In this document: one piece after another, positions 24,951 through 37,385 of the stretch
Position numbering within the stretch: the first letter of the stretch is position 1
Layout of the letters: the number at the start of each line of letters is the position of its first letter
Source of the DNA: Raja brachyura
Taxonomy: Eukaryota
NCBI GenBank assembly: GCA_963514005.1
Contig: OY740808.1
Location: 2,108,001 to 2,172,000 of the forward strand
Reading direction: 5' to 3'
Length of the DNA: 64,000 nucleotides
Made by a program: the position numbers and the translations under genes
The notes under the pieces: generated by a model
What the model was told of the DNA's origin: nothing
Seen by the model: the letters and a program-made list of their open reading frames with translations, nothing else
The model's database searches: none

Positions 24951-24999
24951 GCATCAGATGTAGGCTCGGAGAAACTCTTTTCACCTGCAGCAATTAAAG
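24951..24999 (+). CDS. FBRSL1: Internal coding exon (49 nt, phase 0 to phase 1) of an AUTS2/fibrosin-family gene, most similar to fibrosin-like 1
   Basis: Acceptor tattttatttttccacag|, donor AAG|gtatgc. Translates ASDVGSEKLFSPAAIK. From memory, human FBRSL1 has ASVGSEKLFAP and AUTS2 has ASDASSEKLFNT in an exon of similar size and phase. The paralog call is less certain than the family call. Confidence 0.8.
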
Positions 25000-25866
25000 G
25001 TATGCTTATATTTCTATTCACAGCACAGTTTCAAATCTTAAGACGAGCTCAAAATTCATTCAATTAATTGAAATGTCAAGTATCAACATTTTGTTTAGTT
25101 TGTTTTGTTTTTGTTTATATCATTGCATTTACCAAAAATGTGCTTAACATCAGTAGTGGAAATAGTAAATTCTCAAAGTTGATCAGATAAACCTGCTTGC
25201 TGATTAATTTCTCAGAAGAAACATAAATGGGTAATCAAAATTTATAAAGACACAGTTTATCTTACTGGAACTTCAAGATCAGAATCTCAATTGCTGATTG
25301 TGGCTCATCATATAATCTGTCTTATTTTAGCATTTAGTGTTGTTGCAGTATGTTGACCACTATTACCATCTGTTTTTGAAACCTGCTCAGCTGGCTCTAA
25401 TTTTCACATGAACTTTTGTTTCCAAATGTTGGAGTATTTACAATGATGTTCCACCCAGAAATTTAAGAATCTTTCTTATAGCGGTTTTAATATTTTTATA
25501 CGTTGCAAGAAAGAAAGCCTCAATCATTGAAATGCTCAGACCTTGGAATAAGTTCAATCTGAAAATGTATGCAGCCACTGATATCAGAAGCTTCCCATTG
25601 TATTGTCGGATAAACGCTTGTACTGTTTGAATCCAACAAAAATACTGTCAACGATATGTTTTAAATGCAGGAATTGCGTTCTTCGTTACATTTTTAATGT
25701 GCTGCCAGGAATTCAAACAAAGCTTTTAATTAAATTGGTACTTATCTGCAATTAAGAATCTAGAGGAGGTAGATACTTTTATGTAGCAATGTTTTAATAG
25801 TGGTAATAAATGTACCTTTTATCGTCCTTGCCTTAATGTCTGTGGCCCTCATAATTCCTTCCCTAA

Positions 25867-26066
25867 AGGTCCTGTCCTACTTACGCAATTTTTTTTGGCG
25901 CCTGCTGACACCCGTCATAGTTGCAGCAGGTCGCCGAAAATTTTCAACATGTTGAAAATCCAGTGGCAACCAGAGTAAGATATGACTCTTTGGGCGACTA
26001 CTCACGACCATGCAGGCTTCACCCCCGCGACATGTCGCGTAAAATCGCGTAAGTGGGACAGGCCCT
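25867..26066. mobile_element. PIF/Harbinger-like MITE (short version, opposite orientation to 4990-5395)
   Basis: TAA|aggtcctgtcctacttacgc ... gcgtaagtgggacaggccct|TAA. Same 20-bp palindrome at 25940-25959. Confidence 0.8.
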
Positions 26067-28900
26067 TAAACCTATCCTTTTAAAACTATTTCAGTCCTAA
26101 ACTTTTTGACCAAGTATGTGGTGACCTTCCAAGTATGTCAGCGTGTCAGTTTTGGTTAGATTCTATTTTAGTCGACATAGAATACTCAATGGCATCAAGC
26201 ACTATTATTGGTAATTTTTTTTTAAACTTGAGTTGTAATTTCTGATGATTTTATTTTCTTGGTCTGCCTTTATGTTCTTTTCTCTTATAATGTTCCCATG
26301 CGCAAAATACGCAGTTATATTCTCAAACAATATTAATAAAGTTTTAATGGTGAACTTTGTGGGTTGTCTCTTTTGAGTAAAATTGCCCGGCTGCAACCAT
26401 TGCTTTACAAAATGAAGGGGTTACAAAATGCCCGTGGGTCTTTGGTTTATTTTTCGTCCCCTAGACGTTTAATTCTAATGTAGCAAATTTCAACAGTTGC
26501 ACATACAAATAGTCAATGTAGAACATAACTGATTTACTCAATCTTTAGTATATGTTACACAGACCAAATGCCCTGCAGGAGCATGAAACACATTAATAAG
26601 AAATGATTCTATGGAAAGCCCATTTATTTGAAGTGGGGCCATTTCTGAAGTGATGAGTGAGGCAGTTTACTTTACAGCTGGGAACAATTAAGGTGTAAGT
26701 TTCGGCAAAGTGCTTCCATTTCACAAATATCTTTTGTCGGCAGCATTGTTCTGATATCTTGCATCCAATGGCTTTTTCGTTTCCCATCTCCATTTCCCAT
26801 TTCCTTTTATTTTCCGTCAACCTCTGCACTTGCCCGCCTAAACATTATTCTTCTTGAAATCCTTTTGGTGATCCTTTTAAGGACAGGAGACAGAAATAAA
26901 TCTGTTTGTGCAGGTATGTTAAGAAGAATAGAGTAAGACAAGGAACAAACGGAGCAAAGACCTATTGGTCCAGGAGGCCTGTTTTAATGCTGCACCTTTT
27001 AATTTGTACACCGTTTTAGTGCTTTTTGCTCAATTTCAAAGAAATATAAGAACGTGATAGTGGTTAACAAATATGGCAATAACTTTGTTTTAATTTGGCT
27101 CTCTTTGCTTGGGAACGTATTTTACATGGAATGTCGTGGCTCGTATAGTAAGTAACTGAATGATGGATGGATCCATAATTCAGTGCATGAGTATTCTGGC
27201 CATATCATTAGAATGCTGCTTCATCCCCGATTACACTCTGGAGTAAGCCTATAGTTAAACCTTCTAGAAATGAGTATTTGGAGTAGAAATAACCAGTAAC
27301 ATTTGTATTTATACCATGTCTTTTGTGGGCTCTGAGAAACATTTCAAAAACACTTGCAATTAATTTGCCTTGGAAATGAGGAATTTCCATTGTGCAGACA
27401 TATTTGGCAAACAATTTGCATGCAACAAGATCACAGAAGTGGACCTGATTACAAAACACAGCATATTTGTAATTTTGAATAGGTACACGGACAGCTACCT
27501 ACCTGCCTTGGAATCTATTTCTGTATTTTTTAAAACTTGATAATTGCATCATTCCTTCCAGAATTTGGGTGTTTCAGCTAAGTTTTCAAACTTTCTAAAG
27601 TAGCCCAAGTATGATTTCTAAAGCGTCACACACGCTATGCTTATTTTTAGGAATTAATTAAATGCGATTCTGTCTCTCGGCTAAATACGTTTGTACCCAA
27701 AATTAATTTTTCATAATCTTTCAGAAGAATGCTGTCTTCCTTGTTATGTTCAAATAAGCTTCTTTTGAACGATGAGTTTGAGATCTGCTTTGTTGACTAT
27801 GCAAGTAAATGTAAGTTTTTGTAGCTTTATCTTGTGCTTGCACGTCAATAAATCTTAGTTATTATTTCTCTCCCTCTTTTATAATGTGTATAATTTTTAC
27901 AATAAATTGGAGAATGATCCAAGAGCAACTGTACTTCAGGAATTTATTGCATTTTGAGCAAACAACTCAAATTCATTTATTCCTTGTTGTTAAGACCTGT
28001 ATTTAGTGCCTATCCTACTTGGCTTTCGGGCAGTAGTAGAGAGCACCACTTTGAATCTTTGCAGTTTGCTTGGTGAAGGTCACACGTGTACCGTTCAATA
28101 GAGGATTCCAGGATTTTGATCTTGTGCATGATGGAACGCCTATATATTTCCAAATTGTAATGCTCAGATTTAGAAAAGAACTTGAAGGTGATGAAATATT
28201 CATGCACCTTCCTGGGCGTTAAGGGTTTTGTAGTTGCTGTCAAAGAAACCAGCAATTTGAATTAGTTTATCTTTTAATTGGTTGATGCTGCAACTAGAGT
28301 TGAAGAGTAAAACTTTAGTGCAGCGAATGAGGTGCCAGTCAAATAGATTGCTTTGTCCTGATAATGTTAAGCTGTTTGAGCATTGTTGGGTGTCATTATC
28401 CAGACAAGTAGAGATTGTACTTGGTCATCAGATTTTAAGATCTGGTCAATTATAGAGTGGTACAGGTCGGAATCAGGCTCTTCAGTCCACCACTTCATAC
28501 TCACTTTTTGCTCATCTACACCTTCTGTTTGATTATTTTTTCAAAATAAAATTCAATGGTAAATTATACTATTAGTTTAATTATTTTTGAAGGGTCAGTG
28601 AGCTCTGGTGGGTTTTACTCTTCCTGTGCTGTTAACAGAATGTCCTGCTTTATCATGTTGCAGGCAGTAATGTAGACCAGCCAAGGATGTTTTCTTTTGG
28701 TCCCATATGTAGCTCTATTTTCTTGCTTTGGGACACGTGACTCGCGTAGCTTGAAAGGAGAACATTTTTGCTTCGCCACAATTACAGTAGTTTAGTGTAA
28801 AGATCGGCAGTAAGTCAGTTAAACGGGTAACTATTAATGAAAACAGTTTACTTTATAGCAGGTAATAGCAGTTTACCTCATAGCAGTTTACCTCATAGGA

Positions 28901-29033
28901 GGTCTAAAGAAGAGTCTCGACCAAAAAACGTTGCCTATTCCTTCGCTCCATAGATGCTGCCTCACCTGCTGAGTTTCTCCAGCATTTTTATCTACCTTTG
29001 ATATTTCAAGCATCTGCAGTTCTTTCTTAAACA
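28901..29033 (+). mobile_element. Solo pLTR-derived element, core mutated
   Basis: gtctaaagaagagtctcgaccaaaaaacgttgcc...gcatctgcagttctttcttaaac, with acctcat on both flanks. Confidence 0.8.
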
Positions 29034-30716
29034 CCTCATCGCAGCAGATAAGTTTATTGTTCTTCGATCAACTTCAATCTTTTTCAGTTTGTTTATAGTC
29101 TAATTGCAGATAGGGTATTGAACATAATATCCTCCTCAAAACTCCTACAATTAGACTTTTAACACGTGCGGAAGCAAACTATATTGATTCAACAAATACA
29201 TTTTTTTCAAAATGCTAACATGAATTAGTGCTGTTAAAATAGTTAAAACCTAACCGTAACCTAACTTGAGCCTGCAAATAGTTTTTGTGCACAATGCTTC
29301 AAGGTCGTGATACACAAGTATTTAGTGTGTTTTCTAAACATATATTAAAATGGAATGTTTACTGCACCAACTGGAGTAGATTCGTGAAGCTCAGCAGATC
29401 ATAATGCTTCAACACAAATGGCATGTGAAGTTATTCTTAATTGTTTCCATGGACCTACCAGCCCCAGCTTGTTTTGCTCATACCTTGGAAGATTCTGTAC
29501 TATAAACTTCTGCGTATCCTCCATTTTGATGGGACTTTTGAGCGTCTTAAAAACATTATTTAAAAATACAAACAGTTTTGGCTTACTAAAGATTTAATTC
29601 AAAAGTCAAGGTAGCTTCAGTAGATTAGATAACCTGTCAATCAAGACGGGAATAAACTATATACTCCAAAACAATGCAATTTAGAAGTAATCGTAACAAA
29701 ATCTAAAACTTGGCGGAATCAATGTCTAATTTCTGTTGACTTGGTTGTAATATTCCAAAGAAATGCAAAATATCTCAGCAAGGTGAAGCATTAGCTTTAG
29801 ATCCATAGGCAGTTAGATTGGGAGATTCATGAGTGTGTGGGGATGTGGGTGGAGAAAGGTGGTTGCTGCCGACTTAGATGACAGTGGTCCTTGTGGGTCT
29901 CATTTGTAGACGTGTTAGATTGAATTAGCTGAGCTAAGCGCCATTACTAGATCCCATTTGTATTGTACTGAAGAACCACTTCTTGATCTTGTATATCTGG
30001 AATAATTGCTTTAAAATATTCCCAAGCCTCTCTCAGAAGAATGTCAAAAGAAATTAAGTGTTCCAGAGGGAGATGAGTTGATAGATTTGTAAGTGAGCAT
30101 TCATTTTCTTCCACCAACCTCCTGGCAATGCATGTACTCTGTCGATGGACTCATTTAGGTGTCTTTTGCGTAGTTGCCTTGGGACCCGGGCTTGTTAAAG
30201 CTGACAACCGGAAAAGCAAATGAAACAGGATAAATGTAACAGAAGCGTAAAGGCTAAGAAAGTATGAGTCGGGTAATCAACAGTGAAAAGTTAAATCTGT
30301 TGATGGGTAATACAACAACATTAGATCAGTGGAGGGAATATTCATGAAAAGATTTATGATGTAGAGCTAGTTCATGCTCTTAAAGAGCAAGTGCTCCTCT
30401 TCCCAGATCATCTCCCAGATGGTAAGATCAAACCAGAAGGGAAAAAGCATACCAAGATTAACAAAAGGCAAAAAACAGAATATAAGTTAAAATACATTTA
30501 CAATATGTATCAGCATAAGAACAATGGCATTTTATTTTCATCTAAAAAATAGTAAATGGGCCAAATATGAGAATCGGTGCAAGAGGAAGGAGACATTGAA
30601 ACTGCTCTGTCATTCATTGAAATAGCACCAAGGCTGATCTTCACATTGGTGTTATTTTTCAGCACTGCCTTCACACCCTATTACTTCTTATACACTCTGA
30701 TGTATAATCTCTATTA

Positions 30717-31917
30717 AGCAGTGGATGTTGTCTATATGGACTTCAGTAAGGCCTTTGACAAGGTTCCTCATGGAAGGTTGGTAAAGAAGGTTCAACTGTT
30801 GGGTATAAATGCAGGAATAGCAAGATGGATTCAACAGTGGCTGAATGGGAGAAGCCAGAGAGTAATGGTGGATGGCTGTTTGTCGGGTTGGAGGCAGGTG
30901 ACTAGTGGGGTGCCTCAGGGATCTGTGTTGGGTCCTTTGTTGTTTGTCATGTACATCAATGATCTGGATGAAGGGGTGGTAAATTGGATTAGTAAGTATG
31001 CAGATGATACCAAGATAGGGGGTGTTGTGGATAATGAAGAGGATTTCCAAAGTCTACAGAGTGATTTAGGCCAGTTGGAAAAATGGGCTGAAAGATGGCA
31101 GATGGAGTTTAATGCTGATAAATGTGAGGTGCTACACCTTGGCAGGACAAATCAAAATAGGACGTACATGGTAAACGGTAGGGAATTGAAGAATACAGTT
31201 GAACAGAGGGATCTGGGAATAACCGTGCATAGTTCCTTGAAGGTGGAATCTCATATAGATAGGGTGGTAAAGAAAGCTTTTGGTATGCTAGCCTTTATAA
31301 ATCAGAGCATTGAGTATAGAAGCTGGGATGTAATGTTAAAATTGTACAAGGCGTTGGTGAGACCAAATCTGGAGTATGGTGTACAATTTTGGTCGCCCAA
31401 TTATAGGAAGGATGTCAACAAAATAGAGAGGGTACAGAGGAGATCTACTAGAATGTTGCCTGGGTTTCAACAGCTAAGTTACAGAGATAGGTTAAATAAG
31501 TTAGGTCTTTATTCTCTGGAGCGCAGAAGGTTAAGGGGGGACTTGATAGAGGTCTTTAAAATGATGAGAGGGATTGACAGAGTTAATGTGGACAAGCTTT
31601 TCCCTTTGAGAATAGGGAAGATTCAAACACGAGGACATGACTTTAGAATTAAGGGACAGAGGTTTAGGGGTAACATGAGGGGGAACTTCTTTACTCAGAG
31701 AGTGGTAGCGGTGTGGAATGAGCTTCCAGTGGAAGTGGTGGCGGCAGGTTCGTTGGTATCATTTAAAAATAAATTGGATAGGCATATGGATGAGAAGGGT
31801 ATGGAGGGTTATGGTATGAGTGCAGGCAGGTGGGACTAAGGGAAAAAAGTTGTTCGGCACGGACTTGAAGGGCCGAGATGGCCTGTTTCCGTGCTGTAAT
31901 TGTTATATGTTATATGG
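30717..31917 (+). mobile_element. Young 5'-truncated CR1 (HER1-like) LINE with 3' UTR and (TTATATG) tail
   Basis: Uninterrupted RT frame. 3' end gggccgagatggcctgtttccgtgctgtaattgttatatgttatatgg. Confidence 0.95.
30721..31839 (+). CDS. CR1 ORF2 reverse transcriptase C-terminal fragment (372 aa; transposon-derived, no true start)
   Basis: DVVYMDFSKAFDKVPH, VTSGVPQGSVLGPLLF, KYADDTK, RPNLEYGVQFWSP, TRGH motifs. Confidence 0.9.
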   Translation: MDVVYMDFSKAFDKVPHGRLVKKVQLLGINAGIARWIQQWLNGRSQRVMVDGCLSGWRQVTSGVPQGSVLGPLLFVMYINDLDEGVVNWISKYADDTKIGGVVDNEEDFQSLQSDLGQLEKWAERWQMEFNADKCEVLHLGRTNQNRTYMVNGRELKNTVEQRDLGITVHSSLKVESHIDRVVKKAFGMLAFINQSIEYRSWDVMLKLYKALVRPNLEYGVQFWSPNYRKDVNKIERVQRRSTRMLPGFQQLSYRDRLNKLGLYSLERRRLRGDLIEVFKMMRGIDRVNVDKLFPLRIGKIQTRGHDFRIKGQRFRGNMRGNFFTQRVVAVWNELPVEVVAAGSLVSFKNKLDRHMDEKGMEGYGMSAGRWD

Positions 31918-31984
31918 TTAAGAAGGGACGTAACTATGGAGCATTCACAGCCCCCCAGTATAGAGAATTCCAAAGATGTGAATA

Positions 31985-32570
31985 GTGAAAGGCTTGAATA
32001 GAATGGATGTGGAGAGGATGTTTCTACTAGAGGGAGAGTCTAGAACTAGAGGTCATAGCCTCAGAATTAAAGGACGTTCTTTTAGGAAGATGAGAAGGAA
32101 TTTCTTTGCTAGACAAAAGTGCTGGAGAAACTCAGCGGGTGCAGCAGCATCTATGGAGCAACGGAAATAGGCAACATTTTGGGCCGAAACCCTTCGGCCT
32201 GAAGGATTTCGGCCCGAAACGTTGCCTATTTCCTTCGCTCCATGGATGCTGCTGCACCTGCTGAGTTTCTCCAGCACTTTTGTCTACCATCGATTTTCCA
32301 GCATCTGCAGTTCCTTCTTAAACAAAAGAATTTCTTCAGTGAGAGGGAGGTGAATGTGTGGAATTTTTTGCCACAGAAGGCTGTGGAGGTTACGTCAATG
32401 GATATTTTTAAAGCAGAGATAGATACATTCTTAATTAGTACGGGTGTCAGGGGTTACGGGGAGAACGCAGGAGAATGGGGTTAGGAGGGAGAGATGGATC
32501 AGCCATGATTGAATGGCGGAGTAGACTTGATGGGCCAAGTGGACTAATTCTGCTCCTATATTTGACCGTA
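31985..32570 (+). mobile_element. CR1 3' fragment interrupted by a fold-back pLTR element (32107-32327)
   Basis: CR1 sequence ESRTRGHSLRIKGR resumes after the insert. TSD gaatttctt at 32098-32106 and 32328-32336. Confidence 0.85.
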
Positions 32571-32964
32571 TGACCTTAAACAAACAAACCTACCTCTTGT
32601 TCTCCATCTGTACTCTCTGGTCTGAGATTCATTCAAAGGGCTTAGCATGTTAAGCCCTGCATGAAGCTGCTGGCTTTGCAACCTATGATGTAATAATGAC
32701 CTTTTTAGAAGAGTTGGTATATTGGCAAAGTAACTTCACTGTTTGGAATAATATCGTGGAATCTTTCGTGCTCGCCTGAGAGGGTTGTTCTGCGATTTGA
32801 TATTTGAAAAAAGTCATCTCTAGCAATCCAGGACGGAGTTATCAACTCTGCTGGAATCTAGAGACAGCAAGAAAGCAAAACTTTCTCTCCCAGCATGCGT
32901 ACAACCAAATGAGGAATTTGAAAGATTGTTTTGATGAGTCGAGGCCAGCAAGGATTTAAGAAGA

Positions 32965-33175
32965 AACAAGGAACAGCAGATGCTGGTTTACAAAATAAGA
33001 CACAAGTGCAGTTGTAGCTCAGCGGGTAAGGCAGTATCCCTGGAGAACATGGATAGATAGAGGTTTCATGTAGAGAAATACAGTCTGAAGAAGGGTTCTG
33101 ACTCAATGTCATCTATCCATATTCTGCAGGGATGCCGCCTGACCCGCTGAGGTGCTCGAGCACTTTGTGTCTGTC
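32965..33175. mobile_element. Older fold-back pLTR-derived element
   Basis: Complementary arms (gacacaagtgc...ctcagcgggt...ggagaacatggataga / tctatccatattct...acccgctgag...gcactttgtgtc) around agtctgaagaagggt. Confidence 0.8.
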
Positions 33176-34525
33176 TTGGATTTATGAAGGATTGGTTGTA
33201 TCTGGTGAACAAGTTTTAATTTTGGGGGGAGGTCACCAAAATATTGGGCAGGAATGTTCTTAGTCTATCACTTTTATTTCAATGGTTCAGCTGGAATTGA
33301 TACACTCGAGATTTATAGCTGAAGTTGAAACTTAGAATTGAAGGTGCATTAATTGATCTGGCTATGAGACCTGCTGAGCAACAGGAAACCAGAGAGTCAA
33401 GATAATGGGTAGTGTTCAGTCAGGATATGATTGGTGGTAAATGTTCCTTATAGTACAACCACATTCTTCCGGTGACCGGAATATGTAGTACTATATTGAT
33501 ATAACTAATCCGAGACAATACTAAAATAAGAAGAAATTTCATGTACTTTGGAATTCTGCATTGGCTATCATTAAGTAAAATCAAGGCTGAATTCTAGATT
33601 TTTGGGTTGCAGAAGGTATTGGAATCAGACAGGAGAATTAAGTTGAAGGCAAGAGTAAAATACCATCCAGAAGAGGTGTTATTGTATTCTCAAGACACAG
33701 ATAAATTCACCCACTGTTTCATCTACCTCTGCCTTAAAGTTTCCTCAAAAGGATGGTGGAGGCTGTCATTGAAAAGAGTTACTCCAGCTTTTTGTGTCTA
33801 TCTTGATTGAAAAGAGAGTGCCAAAGGCTCCATCCTCTGGCCAAAATCCTTTCATTTTAAGTGACCTCAGGGTGCCAATACCGAAAGGAGACAAAGTCAT
33901 GAGAGAAAAACTTATATCTGAATCGATTCTTGAAAGAAAGGGTGTCTGGTTTCTGCTCGGAATTTGACTGTTCAACGTTTCGAAGTTCATGTCTTCCTAT
34001 TCTGACATCATTCATTGATGTTCTTAAGGGGCTTGGTATCGCACTATTGCACTGCTGAAATTCCACGTTGGTATCGCTTACTGCAAATCACAGATTTACT
34101 GGGGAAAAAATCGATCCTTGAATTGGAAAAATGTATGAATCAGGAGCAAGAGTAGGTCAGTCAGCCCCTTGAGCCTATTCTTCCATTAAGTTAGATTATA
34201 GCTGATTAAACCTTAACTCTACAAACTAGCCTACATATCCAATAACTTTCACTCTTGTGTATCAAAAATCGTATCTTTTTGTGCCTTAAAACAACTAAGT
34301 CTGCTTCCACCAATGTTGTGGAAGAGACTCGGTCTTCAATCTTAAATGGGTCACCCATCATATCAACGGTGACCCAGAGTTCTAGTTTGTCCCGCCTTTA
34401 TACACACTCTCAGGAGACACCTCAGGAGCTTGCCAGTTTCATTGTCTCTTCTAACTGTTAAATTCCAGCAGATACAAATCAATCCCTCCAACCCTCCTTG
34501 TAAGGCAAACCATCTATTCCAGGTA

Positions 34526-35478
34526 GCTCCCCCAAGTCGCAACAGAGACAGTCCCCCTAGTCCTTACCTTCCACCCCATCATCCGTCGCATACAACACAT
34601 AATCCTCAGAAATTTTCGCCACCTCCTACGGGATCCCACCATTAGCCACATCTTCCCATATCCACCCATTTCCGCCTTCCACTGAAACCGTTCCCTCCGC
34701 AACTCCCTGGTTAACTCATCCCTTCCCACGCAAACAACCCGCTTCCCAGGTACCTTCCCCTGCAACTGCAGAAGATGCAATACCTGTCGCTATGCCTCCT
34801 CCCTCCCTCGACTCTGTCCAGGGACTCCGACAGTCCTTTCAGGTTAGGCAGAGGTTCACTTGCACCTCCTCCAACCTCACCTACTGTATCCGTTGTTCAA
34901 GATGTGGACTCGTATACATCGGTGAGACCAAACGCAGACTGGCCAGTCGTCTCACGGAACACCTTCGCTCAGCCCACGTGAACCACCCTGATCTCCTGGT
35001 TGCTGGACACTTTAATTCTCCTTCCCATTCCTACACAGACCTTTCTGTCTTCGGTCTCCTCTTTTGTCAGAGTGAGGCTAAACACAAATTGGAGGAACAG
35101 CATCTCGTATTTCGCTTGGGCAGCTTACAGCCCAGTGGTATGAATATTGATTTCTCTCACTTCAGGTAGCCACAGCATTCCCTCTCTATCCCTTCCCCCA
35201 CCCAAGTCGTACTAGCTTCTCATTTTCACCCTACAAACAGCTTACAATGGCCTGTTTCCTTAAATCATCTTTATTTTTTTGCATATCTTTGATTCATTGT
35301 TCTTTATCTCTCCACATCTTTGTCTACATCTCTGGTTTTCCTTATCCCTAACCAGTCTCGACCCGAAACGTCACCCATTTCTTCTCTCCAGAGATGCTGC
35401 CTATCCCGCTGAGTTACTCTAGCTTTTTACATCGTTATCTTCGGTTTAAACCAGCATCTGCAGTTCCTTCTTACACAC
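34526..35478 (+). mobile_element. 5'-truncated Penelope-like (Neptune-type) retroelement with 10-bp TSD, inserted in an old minus-strand CR1
   Basis: TSD attccaggta at 34516-34525 and 35479-35488. Cys motif CNCRRCNTC, then the GIY-YIG ORF, a 3' UTR and the pLTR at 35353-35478. Confidence 0.9.
34792..35169 (+). CDS. GIY-YIG endonuclease domain of the Penelope-like element (fragment)
   Basis: FTCTSSNLTYCIRCSRCGLVYIGETKRRLASRLTEH...VAGHFN...LEEQHLVFRLGSLQPSGMN. Confidence 0.88.
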   Translation: MPPPSLDSVQGLRQSFQVRQRFTCTSSNLTYCIRCSRCGLVYIGETKRRLASRLTEHLRSAHVNHPDLLVAGHFNSPSHSYTDLSVFGLLFCQSEAKHKLEEQHLVFRLGSLQPSGMNIDFSHFR

Positions 35479-36784
35479 ATTCCAGGTACAAATCTATTAA
35501 AATCTATCTGTTGCTTCCAACGAATTTCCATCCATCCTTTGGGAAGGAAACCAATAATGTACATAATTCCGAATGTTCCCTCACTTTCCCAATAACTCTT
35601 TGTACCTGCACACCATCCTTTGGCAAATCGTACACTTGAACATCCAAACCATAATCTCTCCTCATTTAGATTTCATGCTTTTGTATTTTTCCTGCCAAAT
35701 GGACAGTTCTACATTTTCCTGTATTATATTGCATTTGTCTGTTCTTTAATCACTCTCTTAACCCAGCTATATCCCTTTGTAGCCTACATCTGTCCTCTTT
35801 AAAATGTATCTTCAGTGCCTCCATCCAAATTATTGACATAAAACTGAGGCTCCAACATCAACCATTGCTCAGCCCACTTTCCCAGCAAGAACCTGCTGTA
35901 ATTTTTGATAATCATCGCCATTTACAATACCCTCTTTGGCTCATCCGCAACTTCAAAGAGCTCCAATATATTGGTCATCATGATCTTCCTTTCTCAAAAT
36001 GTATTGACCCTGTTTATCTTTCTAGGTGCCTTGCCATGATATTTTTCAAATGAAACTTATTAAGCTGATTATCCTGTAATTTCCTGTGTTCTATCACCTT
36101 CCATATTTGAATATAGACATTGCATTCACAATTTTCCAATGTAATAATCCTTCCCTGATGCTAGAGAATTTTGGAAAATTAAACCCAATGCATACCTGTC
36201 TTATTAGCGACCTTTATGATCTTAGGATGAAGCAATACTGACTTATACCTGAGTTTTATTTGGTCATTTGAGAATTAAATAAGAGTGGATAATAAAGCAA
36301 ATAATATAACTTGGGCTACATCATTCATTAGTGTTCTGGAGTCATTGCACAAATCGTGCACGAGGTACTGAGGTTATAAAGCATATGTGTGGACATTTTA
36401 ATTTTCCCTTTGTCTCGCAATAATTCTGTATGCATTTAAAAGCAAATGAAATGAATGGCTTGGAAGTGAACACACAAATGTATTGTGAAACCAAAGGCAT
36501 CATTGAAGCCAGGGTGCAACAACATTTTATTAAATTTCACTGTGTGCTGCACTCTTTAAAATTCCCATTTTAGTGTTTGAATTACATCTGTTGAGAGTTG
36601 TGCACCACCTATTTAAATTATTCATGAAGTGATACAGCACAGAATCGAGCACTTCATTCTACAGTATCCATACCGATCATCAAGTACCTATCAATACTAA
36701 TTCCATTTACCGGCACTTAGTCCATGTAACTTGGGAATTCAAGTGATCATCTAGGTACATAAATATTGTCTGAGTACATGCCTA

Positions 36785-37385
36785 TGTGGCGCAGCTGGTA
36801 GTGTTGCTGTCTCAGTGCCAGAGACCCAGGTTTGATCCTGACCGTGGGTACTGTTGGTGTGGAGTTTGCAGGTCATCCTGTGTGATTGTCTGAGCACAAT
36901 GGAGTTCCTTGTGGATTGTGAGCAGAATTTTTACATTTATTCATTTTTCAAGATGTGGACATCGTTGCCATGACCAGCATTTATTGCCCATTGCAGGTTG
37001 CCCTTATGAAGCTGCCACCTTGAATTGGAGTCCTCTGTGAAAGTGTCCCACAATGTTGTGCATTACAGAATTCAAGAATTTAGACTCTGTGCCAATGAAG
37101 TATTAGTATTGCATTTTTGAGACAAGATGGTGAGGAATCTGTGCCTTATAGGATGTACACTTGCCTTTGTAGCTTTAATCCATGGTCGTTGAGGTCATGA
37201 ATGTGGGAGATACTATTGGAGTTGCGAGGATACGTAACTGCAGTGTTATTTGTATATATAATACAGACATCATCTACTGTATGTGGAGTTAATGAATTTT
37301 AGGATTGGACAGCTAGTCAGGCTGGCTGCTTTGTCCTGTATGGTGTTTAGATTCTTGACTTTTTTAGCTTCTACCTCAACTTGCT
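36785..37385. mobile_element. HE1 SINE head (+, about 36785-36880) followed by an old LINE 3' end (-, about 36935-37385)
   Basis: gtggcgcagctggtag...gacccaggtttgatcc (A/B-box-like). Then cagcatttattgcccat...gcagtg...gctgctttgtcctg, similar to 28020-28410. Confidence 0.55.

Noticed and set aside
33766-34066. Short ORFs in a stretch with coding-like composition
   Set aside because: No recognisable homology or splice signals, and stops in the plus frames.
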